Numbered from the stretch's first letter, positions 1 through 11,000 are shown. The stretch: 64,000 nt of DNA from Ramlibacter sp. (GCA_046595775.1 JBKJOM010000132.1:1648-65647), one strand, 5' to 3'. Numbers and translations are program-made. The notes: generated by a model not told the origin, from the sequence alone.

Positions 1-618
1 GGCCAGATCTTCCATCTCCCACTTCACCTGCCAGATGCCCAGGCGGTTGGCGAGCGGCGCAAAGATATTGAGCGCTTCGCGGGCGACGCCGGCGGGCGCA
101 ACGGTCTTCATCGCCGCGTGCCAGCGCAAAGTTTGCAGCCGCGAAGCGAGCCGCAAGAGGACGACTCGCAAGTCGCGCGAGAAGGCCAGCAGCATCTTGC
201 GCACCGCCTCCGCCTGCGCCTTTGCATCCTCGATCGACTGACTCGCCTCTTCCGCGGCGCGCGTCTGCAGCTGCACGCGCACCAGCTTGTTGGTTTCGAT
301 GGCGAGTGCAGCGTAGCTGTCACCGAAGGCCTTGGCGATCACTTCCTGCGGCTTGTTCAGGTGTGCGCAGGCATAGACCAGGTAGCTTGCCGCCTGCATG
401 GCCTCGGAGCCGCCCATGGTCTTGAGGATCGCCGCGACCGCGTCCGCGTGCGCCAGAGTGTTCTCGCCCGTGTCGAGCGTTTCGCCGGCAATCAGTGGCT
501 CGGCGAAAGCGCGCGCACGTGCCAGTGCGTTCACCTGTTGCGGCAACGACTGCTCGGTCGCCGCGATCAGCTCGGGGATCTGGAGGCCGTCAGCCTGTTC
601 CGCGTGCAGGCTCTTCAT
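1..618 (-). CDS. relA: (p)ppGpp synthetase RelA/SpoT family, N-terminal part (runs off window start)
   Basis: Not in the ORF track. Manual translation from ATG at 618 gives MKSLHAEQ...VRKMLLAFSRDLRVVLLRLASRLQTLR...IFAPLANRLGIWQVKWEMEDLA, the classic RelA/SpoT signature. Confidence 0.92.
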   Translation of the reverse strand, partial: MKSLHAEQADGLQIPELIAATEQSLPQQVNALARARAFAEPLIAGETLDTGENTLAHADAVAAILKTMGGSEAMQAASYLVYACAHLNKPQEVIAKAFGDSYAALAIETNKLVRVQLQTRAAEEASQSIEDAKAQAEAVRKMLLAFSRDLRVVLLRLASRLQTLRWHAAMKTVAPAGVAREALNIFAPLANRLGIWQVKWEMEDLA

Positions 619-1534
619 GACCGGTGTCCAGCAGGAACGACACCACGGCCTGGACCTGGTCGTTCGCAATGAAGGTGGGCGCGTGGCCGACGCCCTCGAA
701 TTCGATGAGCCGGGCGCGTGGCCCGCGTTGTGTCATCGCGCGTGCGGTCTCGCCAGACAGGACGTCCGACTGGGCGCCCCTCGTGAGCAGCACCTGCGCC
801 TTGATGTTGTCGTAAACCTGCCAGAGCGCTTCCTGGCCCTGGCGCGCGGTTTCTTCGGTGACCTGGCGGAAAGGCACGGCGATGGCGGGGTCGTAGTGCA
901 AGGTGTAGCCGCCTTCGGGCATCGGCTTGACCATCGGCTGCGAAAGCGCCAACCACTGCTCGGGTGTGTGCGGCCCGAAGCTGCTGGAGATCGCCCACAT
1001 CGCATCTGCGGCCTGCTGGACGGACTCGAACTTGCCGGTCTGCCCCAGGTAGGTGCCGATGCGCTGCAAGGACTGCCACTGGATCACTGGCCCCACGTCG
1101 TTGATCACGAGCCGGCGTACCGGCACCCGCAAAGGCAGGTTGGGCGTGCCGCTCACACCGATGCCGATCAGCCCGCCCATGCTCGTGCCCACCCAGTCGA
1201 GCTCCTTGACCGGTGCCTGCTGGTGCAACTGTCCCAGCATCGCCAACATGTCCCCGACATAGGTGGGAATCTGGTAGCCCATCGGGTCCTTGAGCCAGTC
1301 GCTGCTGCCGCGGCCGACGATGTCCGGGCAAATCACGCGCAACGGCTCCGACGCGTCGGAGACCAATGCCTGGGCCAGCACATCGAAGTCGCGGCCTTGC
1401 CGCGAGATTCCATGCGCGCAAACCACCACATGCGGCGCGTCTGCGGCGCCCCATCGCCAATAGGCCATGCGGTGCCCCCCCGAGGCATCGGGGCACGGTA
1501 CGTAGTTCAGCGTAGGTGAGACCATGGTGTGCAA
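590..1534 (-). CDS. Alpha/beta hydrolase, probable intracellular 3-hydroxybutyrate-oligomer hydrolase (PhaY/PhaZc-like)
   Basis: HG oxyanion motif, GTSMGG nucleophile elbow, C-terminal GVGHAP; divergent from bdhA. Start may be 1525. Confidence 0.75.
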   Translation of the reverse strand: MHTMVSPTLNYVPCPDASGGHRMAYWRWGAADAPHVVVCAHGISRQGRDFDVLAQALVSDASEPLRVICPDIVGRGSSDWLKDPMGYQIPTYVGDMLAMLGQLHQQAPVKELDWVGTSMGGLIGIGVSGTPNLPLRVPVRRLVINDVGPVIQWQSLQRIGTYLGQTGKFESVQQAADAMWAISSSFGPHTPEQWLALSQPMVKPMPEGGYTLHYDPAIAVPFRQVTEETARQGQEALWQVYDNIKAQVLLTRGAQSDVLSGETARAMTQRGPRARLIEFEGVGHAPTFIANDQVQAVVSFLLDTGHEEPARGTG

Positions 1535-1601
1535 ATCGCCGCATACTGTGCGGCGGTAATTTTCCTCATCCTAATTCAAGTTCAAGCACGGAGTCCTGCA
1601 C

Positions 1602-2372
1602 ATGCTCAAAGGCAAAACCGCCCTCGTCACCGGCTCGACCAGCGGAATCGGCCTGGGCATCGCGAAGGCGCTGGCGCGCCAGGGTGCCAACATCGTCCTC
1701 AACGGATTCGGCGATGTCGACGGCCCCAAGGCCGAAGTGCAAGCCCTGGGCGTGAAGGTGGCGTACCACGGCGCCGACATGAGCAAGCCAGCGCAGATCG
1801 AGGAAATGATGAAGTTTGCCGCCGCTGAATTTGGCCGCGTCGACGTCCTCGTGAACAACGCGGGTATCCAGCACGTCGCCAGGGTCGAGGATTTCCCCCC
1901 CGAAAAGTGGGACGCGATCATCGCTATCAACCTGTCCAGCGCCTTTCACGCGACGCGCCTGGCGCTGCCCGCGATGAAGGCCGCCAACTGGGGCCGCATC
2001 ATCAACGTGGCGTCGGTCCACGGCCTCGTGGCATCGGCCGAGAAGTCGGCCTATGTGGCCGCCAAGCACGGCATCGTCGGTCTGACCAAGGTGACCGCGC
2101 TGGAAAGCGCCACCACCGGCGTCACCTGCAATGCGATCTGCCCCGGCTGGGTACTGACGCCGCTGGTCCAGAAGCAGGTGGACGCGAAAGCGCAGGCGCT
2201 GGGCATTTCCAACGAGGAAGCCAAGAAGAAGTTGCTTGGCGAAAAAGAGCCGTCGATGCAGTTCACCACGCCCGAGGAGCTGGGCGAACTCGCCGTTTTC
2301 TTCTGCTCTGCCGCCGGAAACAACGTGCGCGGCGTGGCGTGGAACATGGATGGCGGCTGGGCCGCCCAGTAG
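1602..2372 (+). CDS. bdhA: D-3-hydroxybutyrate dehydrogenase (SDR)
   Basis: TGSTSGIG, NNAGIQH, SVHGLVAS, KSAYVAAKHG, ICPGWVLTPLV; RBS GGAG upstream. Confidence 0.93.
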   Translation: MLKGKTALVTGSTSGIGLGIAKALARQGANIVLNGFGDVDGPKAEVQALGVKVAYHGADMSKPAQIEEMMKFAAAEFGRVDVLVNNAGIQHVARVEDFPPEKWDAIIAINLSSAFHATRLALPAMKAANWGRIINVASVHGLVASAEKSAYVAAKHGIVGLTKVTALESATTGVTCNAICPGWVLTPLVQKQVDAKAQALGISNEEAKKKLLGEKEPSMQFTTPEELGELAVFFCSAAGNNVRGVAWNMDGGWAAQ

Positions 2373-2379
2373 CGAAGGT

Positions 2380-3192
2380 TTATCCGAGCACGAGGTTCGT
2401 GGTGCTCGCCATGGTGAACCACCCCACACTCGCGTCGTAGTCGCAGCGCTCCACGGTGCAAGTCCGTTCGCCGCTATTGCGCGGCGCGCTCCAGTGAATC
2501 AGGTTCACGGAATTGCGGGTGCCGTGCCGCACACGCGTCGACACCGCGGTGCCCGCCTGCACACACCACATGGGCCGGGGCGTCGGCCGGGGCCGTGCCC
2601 GCAAGTCCTTCACATACGGCAGGTGGATGTGCCCGCCGAGCACCAGGTCGGCGCCTGCGGCCGACCACGCCTGCAGCGCGGGCTCGGCGCCAATCAACCG
2701 GTCCGGCTCATCTTCCGTCCGGATCACGTCGGCTGGCTGGTGCGTCACCACCACGCGCAACTGGCCGGCCCGGGCTGCACGCAACTGGCCGGAGGCTCGT
2801 TCGATCTGCTCTTTCGAGACCTCGCCGTTCTTGTGACGCGTGGCGCGCGTGGTGTTCACCCCGATCACCAGGAAGTCATCCAGGTCCAGCAGCGGGTCCA
2901 GCCTGGGACCGAAAGCCTCCAGGTAGTTGCCGTAGGGACTGACTGCACGGCCCAGCAGGTTGTACAGCGGCACATCGTGGTTGCCGGGCAGCGCGAGCAT
3001 GTGCGCGATGTCGAACTCGTCGCACATCTTGCGCGCGGCGGCGAACTGCTCCGAGCGCGCGCGCTGCGTCACGTCGCCGCTGAACACCAGGACATCGGGC
3101 CGGCGCTCGCGAACCAGGAGCTTGAGAGCTTCAACGACCGGAGGTTGCTCGGTGCCAAAGTGCGTGTCGGAGATCTGCAGGAGGACGGCCAT
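2380..3192 (-). CDS. Calcineurin-like metallophosphoesterase (CpdA/Icc-like)
   Basis: DTHFG, SGDVT, PGNHD and GHIH metal-binding motifs. Confidence 0.85.
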   Translation of the reverse strand: MAVLLQISDTHFGTEQPPVVEALKLLVRERRPDVLVFSGDVTQRARSEQFAAARKMCDEFDIAHMLALPGNHDVPLYNLLGRAVSPYGNYLEAFGPRLDPLLDLDDFLVIGVNTTRATRHKNGEVSKEQIERASGQLRAARAGQLRVVVTHQPADVIRTEDEPDRLIGAEPALQAWSAAGADLVLGGHIHLPYVKDLRARPRPTPRPMWCVQAGTAVSTRVRHGTRNSVNLIHWSAPRNSGERTCTVERCDYDASVGWFTMASTTNLVLG

Positions 3193-3240
3193 TGGCGCTC
3201 AAGCTTACGCGAGCCGCAGGACCGCGCTGTCGGACGGCCG

Positions 3241-3942
3241 CTAGCGAAGCTGTACGGAACCCGAGACCGTCACGGTGACGGTGCTCTTGCCGGCTTCCAC
3301 CGGGATCGGTGAGTCCGCCGAGGCGGGCATCGCACTGGCCTGCATGCGCATGCGTGGCATGGGGCCGTTGTCGTTGGTGTTGACCGAGATCTCGCGCAGG
3401 CTGAATCCGCTGAATCCGAAGCCCCCGGCCAGTTCGACCGCCTTGGCCTTGAACCGCTCGATGGCTTGCGACTGTGCATCTCCTTCCACACGTTGACGCT
3501 GTTCACGGCTGAGAGCGAATGACACATTGCCAACCGTCAAACCCTGCACTCGTGCCGCGGCCTGGGTGATGCGCGGAAAATCGCGGCCTTCCAGCACCAG
3601 CTCTGCCGTGCCCTGCCATGACGCGATGCGCCCGGCCTGGCTGTAGCGCGGATAGAGAGAGAAATTGCCGGTGCGCACGTCCATCTTCTCGGGCAGTGTG
3701 CTCTTGCGAGCCTCGGCCAGGGCGGCATCGAGCACGCCCTTTAGCTGGTTCTGCACCACCGTGGGGTCCGCGCCTTCGCGTGTGGCGCTCAAGCTCATCA
3801 CCAGCCAGTCCTGCGCGACCTCAACGCTGCCGGTGGCGGACAACTGGAGAACGTTCTGTGGCGCAGCAACTGTCTGGGCCTGCGGCGTCGCGCCGGCGGC
3901 AGCGAGCAGGAACGCGGCAATGAGAGGTCGCGGCGCCCTCAC
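3241..3942 (-). CDS. SIMPL (DUF541) domain periplasmic protein
   Basis: Signal peptide after GTG at 3942 (GTGA overlap with upstream stop); LSATGSVEV...VTVTVSGSVQL. Confidence 0.85.
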   Translation of the reverse strand: MRAPRPLIAAFLLAAAGATPQAQTVAAPQNVLQLSATGSVEVAQDWLVMSLSATREGADPTVVQNQLKGVLDAALAEARKSTLPEKMDVRTGNFSLYPRYSQAGRIASWQGTAELVLEGRDFPRITQAAARVQGLTVGNVSFALSREQRQRVEGDAQSQAIERFKAKAVELAGGFGFSGFSLREISVNTNDNGPMPRMRMQASAMPASADSPIPVEAGKSTVTVTVSGSVQLR

Positions 3943-4208
3943 TTGCCGCCGCGCCGGTTGAATTGATACAGCTGGCGACGCATCTCGGCCTTTTCTTTCT
4001 CGCTCAATTCCCACTTGGGCGACGACTGCGCTGGAAGCGCCTGCTTGACGGGGGCTGACACGTGCTGGCCGACGGGGTGCAGATCCACCGAACGAAGGTC
4101 CGCGACTTGTTGCGATCCCTGCTGCGGATGCGTTACCGGCGCACCGCCCGGCGCAGCCGCACATGGGGCGGCAGCGAAAACCGTGGCAATGATGAGGTAG
4201 CGGTGCAT
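3939..4208 (-). CDS. Small secreted hypothetical protein
   Basis: MHRYLIIATVFAAAPCAAA signal-like N-terminus; C-terminal LSEKEKAEMRRQL helix; coupled to the SIMPL gene. Confidence 0.6.
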   Translation of the reverse strand: MHRYLIIATVFAAAPCAAAPGGAPVTHPQQGSQQVADLRSVDLHPVGQHVSAPVKQALPAQSSPKWELSEKEKAEMRRQLYQFNRRGGK

Positions 4209-4279
4209 CCTGCCGATTAAACGGGCAAAGCCGGCTGGCGTTCGCCTGGAACGAGTGAACGGTTGATCAGTGGGGCAAC

Positions 4280-4359
4280 ATTTGTAACACTGTGTCAGGT
4301 ACTCCGAAAAACGGCTCACGTCGAGCTGTGCGCCCCTCAAAATCGGCTCTGTTACAAAT
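4280..4359. promoter_or_regulatory. 10-bp perfect inverted repeat in the divergent promoter region upstream of ompR
   Basis: ATTTGTAACA (4280-4289) and TGTTACAAAT (4350-4359). Confidence 0.45.
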
Positions 4360-4375
4360 CACTCCCCGGAGCCAC

Positions 4376-5107
4376 ATGACACAAGCTGCAGCCCGAACCG
4401 ACAAGATCCTGGTGGTCGACGACGACGCACGCATCCGCGACTTGCTGCGCCGTTACCTGACCCAGGAAGGCTTCGAGGTCATCCTGGCTGAGGACGGCAA
4501 GGCATTGAACCGGTTGATGCTCCGCGAAACGGCCGACCTCATCGTGCTCGACCTGATGATGCCCGGCGAGGATGGGCTTTCCATCTGCCGGCGCCTGCGG
4601 GCCGCCAATGACCGCACGCCGATCATCATGCTCACCGCCAAGGGCGAAGACGTCGACCGCATCGTCGGCCTGGAAGTCGGCGCCGACGATTACCTGGGCA
4701 AGCCCTTCAATCCCCGCGAACTGCTGGCCCGCGTGCACGCCGTGCTTCGGCGCCGCCCTGCGCAGGAAGCGCCGGGCGCGCCGTCGAGCGACAACGAGGT
4801 GGTGAACTTCGGCCCCTTTGCGTTCGATCTGGGTGCCCGCACCCTGCGCAAGAACGGCGAAGAGCTTCCGCTGACCACCGGCGAGTTCGCCATGCTCAAG
4901 GCGCTGGTGCGCCACCCGCGCCAGCCGCTCTCGCGCGAGAAGCTCGCGCAATTGGCCCGCGGCCGCGAGTTCGAACCCTTCGACCGAAGCCTCGATGTGC
5001 AGGTCTCGCGCCTGCGCAAGCTGGTCGAGGCCGACCCGGCAGCGCCGCGCTACATCCAGACCGTGTGGGGTGTTGGCTACGTCTTCGTCCCGGATGGGGC
5101 GGGCTGA
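4376..5107 (+). CDS. ompR: OmpR/RisA response regulator
   Basis: KILVVDDD, LDLMMPGEDG, winged helix with RSLDVQVSRLR and YIQTVWGVGYVFVPDG. Confidence 0.93.
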   Translation: MTQAAARTDKILVVDDDARIRDLLRRYLTQEGFEVILAEDGKALNRLMLRETADLIVLDLMMPGEDGLSICRRLRAANDRTPIIMLTAKGEDVDRIVGLEVGADDYLGKPFNPRELLARVHAVLRRRPAQEAPGAPSSDNEVVNFGPFAFDLGARTLRKNGEELPLTTGEFAMLKALVRHPRQPLSREKLAQLARGREFEPFDRSLDVQVSRLRKLVEADPAAPRYIQTVWGVGYVFVPDGAG

Positions 5108-5140
5108 TTCACGCAAGTCCACTGGCCGGGCAGTGCCCGA

Positions 5141-5223
5141 ATGACAAACGACAAAGGAGCCATGACAATCGCATGAGCTCCTCTTTCCTTTGTCAGGTCC
5201 TTTCATGGTTTTTCATTTGTCAT
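5141..5223. repeat. Imperfect palindrome built on ATGACAA-like heptamers between ompR and its kinase
   Basis: ATGACAAACGACAAAGGAGCCATGACAA ... TCCTTTGTCAGG ... TTTCATTTGTCAT. Confidence 0.5.
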
Positions 5224-6682
5224 GATTAGAGGCGTCACGACCAGCATCGACGTTACCGGGCCGGCCCCGCTCGAAACGGCGCCGGCGCCGCTGGACATGC
5301 GCCCGCGCGTGGGCCTGTCGCTCTTCTGGCGCACCTTCTTCCTGCTTTCGCTCCTGCTCGTTGGCTCCATCGTTGCCTGGCTGCAGACTTTCCGCGCGCT
5401 GGAATTCGAGCCGCGTGCGGTGCAGACGGCGCAGCAGATCGCATCACTGGTCAACCTCAGCCGTGCGGCACTGGTGCATTCGGATTCGATTGCACGTGTC
5501 TCCCTGATCAAGACCCTGGCCGACCAGGAGGGCGTCCGCATCGTCCCGCGCGAGCCGAACGACCGATTCACTGGCTTCACCGTCGGCGAGCTCGACGCAC
5601 GGGTCATGGAGGAACTCGTCACGCGACTGGGCCCCGGCACGGTGATGGCTTCGACAGTGAACGCCGAACAAGGCCTTTGGATCGGCTTCAAGATCGACCA
5701 GGACCAGTACTGGATGCTGCTCGACCGCTCTCGCCTCACCAGCGTCGGCGGGCGCACCTGGTTGATCTGGCTGATCACGGCCGCCGGGCTTTCGCTGGCG
5801 GGCGCGGCGCTGATCGCGCGGCTGATCAACCGCCCCTTGAAGCAACTTTCCTTCGCTGCCAGCCGCGTGCGCGACGGCGACTTCGACGCCAGCCGCCTTG
5901 ACGAGAAGGCCGTGACCAGCGAGATACGCGAAGTGAACATCGGATTCAACCGCATGGCACAGCAGCTGGCCAAGATCGAGCAGGACCGGGCCGTGATGCT
6001 CGCCGGCATCTCGCATGACCTGCGCACGCCCCTGGCGCGCCTGCGTCTCGAAACCGAAATGAGCGTGGCCGATGCCGACGCGCGCGAACACATGGCGGCG
6101 GACATCGACCAGCTCGACGCGATCATCGACAAGTTCCTCGACTACGCGCGGCCTGACCATGCCGAGCTCAAGCCCGTGCTGCTCAACGACGTGATCGAGG
6201 CGTGCCTCTACGCCGTGCAGGACCAGGGCGACATGCGGATCAACCTCGACGTCTCCAAGGGCCTCTACGTTCTGGCCGATGAGGTCGAACTGGCGCGCGT
6301 CATCTCCAACCTGCTGGAAAACGCCCGGCGCTACGGCAAGACGCCGGAGACGGGTATCGCCATCGTCGACATTGCTGCGAAGTCGCGCAACGATTGGGTG
6401 CTGCTCAAGGTGCGAGACCACGGCATGGGTGTCGCGCCCGAGGCGCTGCCGAACCTGATCAAGCCCTTTTTCCGTGGCGACGCGGCTCGCACCGCCGCAA
6501 CCGGCGCGGGCCTGGGCCTGGCGATCGTCGACAAGACGGTGCAACGCATGGGCGGGATCTTCGCGCTGGCGAACACGACGTCGGGCGGACTGGCCGCGCA
6601 CATCAAGCTGCAAAAGCCCAAGCTCAACGCGCCCCAACCGGAAGAAGCGAAGGCCAAGGCGGAGCCGGTGCTGCAGCACTGA
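5222..6682 (+). CDS. EnvZ/RisS-type sensor histidine kinase
   Basis: Two TM segments, HAMP, ISHDLRTPLARLRL H-box, NLLENARRYG, GAGLGLAIV. Start uncertain. Confidence 0.9.
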   Translation: MIRGVTTSIDVTGPAPLETAPAPLDMRPRVGLSLFWRTFFLLSLLLVGSIVAWLQTFRALEFEPRAVQTAQQIASLVNLSRAALVHSDSIARVSLIKTLADQEGVRIVPREPNDRFTGFTVGELDARVMEELVTRLGPGTVMASTVNAEQGLWIGFKIDQDQYWMLLDRSRLTSVGGRTWLIWLITAAGLSLAGAALIARLINRPLKQLSFAASRVRDGDFDASRLDEKAVTSEIREVNIGFNRMAQQLAKIEQDRAVMLAGISHDLRTPLARLRLETEMSVADADAREHMAADIDQLDAIIDKFLDYARPDHAELKPVLLNDVIEACLYAVQDQGDMRINLDVSKGLYVLADEVELARVISNLLENARRYGKTPETGIAIVDIAAKSRNDWVLLKVRDHGMGVAPEALPNLIKPFFRGDAARTAATGAGLGLAIVDKTVQRMGGIFALANTTSGGLAAHIKLQKPKLNAPQPEEAKAKAEPVLQH

Positions 6683-6688
6683 AGACAA

Positions 6689-6790
6689 ACTCCCGTACGC
6701 AGAAATTGCAGAAGGAATAACAAGTTGTCTTTCTGACCCTTTTTCGTCCTCTGCGTAAATTCTGCGTTCTCTGCGCCCGGAAGTCCGAAT
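6689..6790. repeat. REP-like palindromic intergenic element, copy 1
   Basis: ACTCCCGTACGCAGAA...TCTGCGCCCGGAAGTCCG; ends match copy 3 in reverse orientation; lies between convergent genes. Confidence 0.75.
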
Positions 6791-6797
6791 CTGAATT

Positions 6798-7277
6798 TCA
6801 GGCGAACAGCAACACCACCGCCCGCGCCTCGATCGACAAGCCCTGTCCTACCGGCCCCAGCTTTTCGGCGGTTTTTGCTTTCACGTTCACCTGACCCGGG
6901 GAAAGCTCGAGCACCTGGGCGATCCGCGTGCGGATAGCCTCCATGTACGGCGCGAGCTTTGGCGCCTGCGCGATCACGGTGCTATCGATGTTGGCGATGG
7001 AGAGACCTTTCTCCCGCACGCGCCGCGCCGCCTCTGCCAGCAGCACGGCCGAGTCAGCGCCCTTGAAGCGCTGATCAGTATCCGGGAAGTGCGCGCCAAT
7101 GTCGCCCAGTGCCGCGGCCCCCAGCAAGGCATCGGTGATCGCGTGCAGCAGTACATCCGCATCCGAGTGCCCGAGCAATCCTCTCTCGAAGGGAATCTCC
7201 ACGCCGCCAATGACGAGCTTGCGCCCGGGCACCAGCGCGTGCACGTCCCATCCTTCGCCGATGCGAAAAGCGGTCAT
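6798..7277 (-). CDS. ispF: 2-C-methyl-D-erythritol 2,4-cyclodiphosphate synthase
   Basis: [38 protein letters not shown]. Confidence 0.96.
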   Translation of the reverse strand: MTAFRIGEGWDVHALVPGRKLVIGGVEIPFERGLLGHSDADVLLHAITDALLGAAALGDIGAHFPDTDQRFKGADSAVLLAEAARRVREKGLSIANIDSTVIAQAPKLAPYMEAIRTRIAQVLELSPGQVNVKAKTAEKLGPVGQGLSIEARAVVLLFA

Positions 7278-7978
7278 CGCGCGCGCCCCTTGAGCACTGC
7301 TTCGGCCAGCGCGAAGTCGTCGTGGTACGTCACCTTGAAATTCTGCGATCCGCCGGGCACCAGCAGCGGCTTGTGGCCCAGCATCTCGATGGCCGTGGCC
7401 TCGTCGGTGACCAGCGGCCCCGCGCGCTCGATCGCCTGCATGAGCATGCCGATGCGAAACATCTGCGGCGTCTGGGCCAGCCACTTGTCCTCGCGCGGCA
7501 ATGTTTCGGCAACGCGGCCGCCTTCCTCGCGCTTGAGTGTGTCCGGCAGCTTGTGCGCCAGCAGCCCGCCCACTTCGTCGCCTTCGCATGCATCGATCAG
7601 CGAATCGATCAGTTCCGGGCTGATAAGGCAACGTGCCGCGTCATGCACCAGCACCCAGTCATGCTCGGTGGCACCGGCGCGTCGCAACTCATATAGGCCA
7701 TTGTTCACGCTGGTTGCCCGAGTCACGCCACCGCACGGCACGACCAGTGCCGATGAGGCATGGTTGCGCTCGAAGAAGCCATCGCCCGGTGCCACCACCA
7801 CCAGCGTGCGTGCGACTCGCTTGACAGCCGCGAGCGCCGCCAATGTGTGCGAAACCAAGGGCTGCCCGGCGATACGTTCATACTGCTTGGGGCCGGGGGT
7901 GCCGGCCCGGCTCCCCGTGCCGGCGCAAGGCACCAGCGCGTAGAAGCGGGAATTGACTGCGCCGTCGCTCGTTGCCAT
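7274..7978 (-). CDS. ispD: 2-C-methyl-D-erythritol 4-phosphate cytidylyltransferase
   Basis: PCAGTGSR...[25 protein letters not shown]; ATGA overlap with ispF. Start may be 7987. Confidence 0.95.
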   Translation of the reverse strand: MATSDGAVNSRFYALVPCAGTGSRAGTPGPKQYERIAGQPLVSHTLAALAAVKRVARTLVVVAPGDGFFERNHASSALVVPCGGVTRATSVNNGLYELRRAGATEHDWVLVHDAARCLISPELIDSLIDACEGDEVGGLLAHKLPDTLKREEGGRVAETLPREDKWLAQTPQMFRIGMLMQAIERAGPLVTDEATAIEMLGHKPLLVPGGSQNFKVTYHDDFALAEAVLKGRAR

Positions 7979-8052
7979 ATCGTCCATTCTAGAATCGCTT
8001 GGCCACACCCCACCCTTTTCAAGGAGCGGGGTGTCGCTCATTTATCCCTTTG

Positions 8053-11000
8053 ATGCAACTTCCCAAACTCAGTTCTGGCAAGCGCCACACGCTGCCCCGC
8101 CCTCCCGGCTCAGCCGATGCCCTGCTGGTGGCGCAGCTGGCCCGGCGCGAGCGCGCCGAAGGAAGGCTCACCGCCATCATCACGAGCGATGCATCCGACG
8201 CGCAACGCCTGATGGAAGAGATGGCGTTCTTCGAGCCCGGGTTGCGCTGCACCTTGTTCCCGGACTGGGAGACACTGCCGTACGACAGTTTCTCGCCGCA
8301 CCAGGACCTGATCAGCGAGCGCCTCGCGACGCTGTGGCGCATCTCGCAAGGCGACGCCGATGTGATCGTCGTTCCGGCCACCACGGCCTTATACCGACTT
8401 GCCCCGCCGGCCTTCCTGGCGGGCTACACCTTCCACTTCGCGGTCAAGCAGAAACTGCAGGAGTCGCGGCTCAAAGCGCAGCTTACGCTGGCTGGCTACA
8501 ACCATGTGACTCAGGTGGTCAGCCCGGGCGAATACGCGGTGCGTGGCGGCCTCATCGACCTGTACCCGATGGGCTCGCAGGTTCCGTACCGCGTGGACCT
8601 TTTCGATGACGAGATCGACTCGATCCGTACCTTCGATCCCGATTCGCAGCGCAGCCTCTACCCCGTGCCCGAGGTGCGGCTGCTGCCGGGCCGCGAGTTC
8701 CCGATGGACGACGAGGCGCGTGCGCGTTTCCGCAGCCGCTGGCGCGAACTGCTGGAGGGCGACCCGACCAAGAGCCGCATCTACAAGGACATCGGCAACG
8801 GAGTCGCCACCGCGGGCATCGAGTACTACCTGCCGCTCTTCTTCGAGGAGACGGCAACAGTTTTCGACTACGTGGGTGCGTCGGCAACGCTGGTTCTGCA
8901 CGGCGACATCGAACCCGCTTTCCTGCGCTTCTGGCAGGACACGCGCGATCGATACCGTCTGGTACAGGGCGACCGCGAACGCCCTGCCTTGCCGCCTGAG
9001 ACCCTGTTCCTCACGGCCGAGCAGTTCTATGCTCGCGCGAACGAACATGCGCAACTGGCGGTCAAGGCGGCCGGCGACGGCGATGCCTTCCCCGAATTTC
9101 AGGCGCTCCCCGCCATGGCCGTTGTGCGCGGCGCCGAGGAACCCCTTGCCGGCTTGAAGGCGCACCTGCGCAACACCCAGCATCGCGCCCTGGTGCTGGC
9201 GGAGAGCGATGGCCGGCGCGAAAGCCTGCTCGACTTCCTTCGCGCGAGTCACCTGTCGCCGCCCTCGTTCGATTCGCTCGCGGAATTCCAGGCCAGTGAC
9301 GAGAAGATCGGCATCGCGACCGCGCCGCTGAATGTCGGCTTCGCGTGGATCGATGAGAGCATCGACTTAGTCACGGAAACCGAGCTCTTCGCGGCGGGTC
9401 TGACGACGCGCCGCCGCAAGAAGCAGGAGCAGGTCAGCGATGTCGAGGCCCTCATCAAGGATCTGTCGGAGCTGAACGTCGGCGACCCTGTCGTCCACAC
9501 CCAGCACGGCATCGGACGCTACAAGGGCCTGGTCAACATGGACCTGGGCCAAGGCTCCACCGAGTTCCTGCACCTCGAATACGCGGACAAGGCGACGCTG
9601 TATGTCCCCGTCAGCGGCCTGCACCAGATCAGCCGATACACCGGCGTGTCGGCCGACGAAGCACCGCTTCACAAGCTTGGCTCCGGGCAGTGGGAGAAGG
9701 CGCGGCGCAAAGCAGCCGAACAGGTGCGTGACACCGCCGCCGAACTGCTGAACATCTATGCCCGCCGCGCCGCACGCGAAGGGCATGCCTTCCGCTACTC
9801 GCCCCAGGACTACGAGACATTCGCCAACGACTTCGGCTTCGAGGAAACCGCCGACCAGAACGCCGCGATCCACGCCGTGATCCAGGACATGGTCTCGCCC
9901 CGCCCGATGGACCGGCTCGTCTGCGGCGACGTGGGTTTCGGCAAGACAGAAGTGGCGCTGCGCGCGGCATTCGTCGCCATCACCGGCGGCAAGCAGGTGG
10001 CCTTCCTGGCGCCGACTACGCTGCTGGCCGAGCAGCACTACCAAACGCTGGTGGACCGCTTCTCCAAATGGCCGGTGAAAGTGGCCGAGGTCTCGCGCTT
10101 TCGCTCGACGAAGGAAGTCAATGCCACGCTCAAGGGCCTGGCCGACGGCAGCGTCGACATCGTCGTGGGCACGCACAAGCTCCTGTCGGAATCGACGAAG
10201 TTCAAGGACCTGGGCCTCCTCATCATCGACGAGGAACATCGCTTCGGCGTTCGCCACAAGGAAGCGATGAAGGCCATGCGCGCCGAGGTGGATGTGCTCA
10301 CGCTCACGGCCACTCCGATCCCGAGGACACTGGGCATGGCCCTCGAAGGCCTGCGCGACCTTTCGGTGATCGCCACTGCGCCGCAGCGCCGCCTGGCGAT
10401 CAAGACTTTCGTGCGCAACGAAGGCAACGGCGTAGTGCGCGAAGCGGTGCTCCGCGAATTGAAGCGCGGCGGGCAGGTTTACTTCCTGCATAACGAGGTG
10501 GAGACCATCCAGAATCGGCGCGAGCGGCTGGAGACCCTGCTGCCGGAGGCGCGCATCGCCGTAGCGCACGGCCAGATGCCCGAGCGTGAACTGGAGCGGG
10601 TGATGCGCGACTTCGTGGCGCAGCGCTACAACCTGCTGCTGTGCTCGACGATCATCGAGACCGGCATCGACGTGCCGACGGCCAACACCATCGTCATCAG
10701 CCGCGCCGACAAGTTCGGCCTGGCGCAGCTGCACCAGTTGCGCGGCCGCGTTGGCCGCAGCCACCACCAGGCCTATGCCTACCTGATGGTGCCGGACACC
10801 GAGAGCCTGACCAAGCAGGCCGCGCAGCGGCTGGACGCGATCCAGCAGATGGAGGAACTCGGCTCGGGCTTCTACCTCGCGATGCATGACCTCGAGATCC
10901 GCGGCGCTGGCGAGGTGCTCGGCGAAAATCAGAGCGGCAACATGCTCGAGATCGGCTTCCAGCTGTACAACGAGATGTTGTCTGAGGCGGTGCGTTCCCT

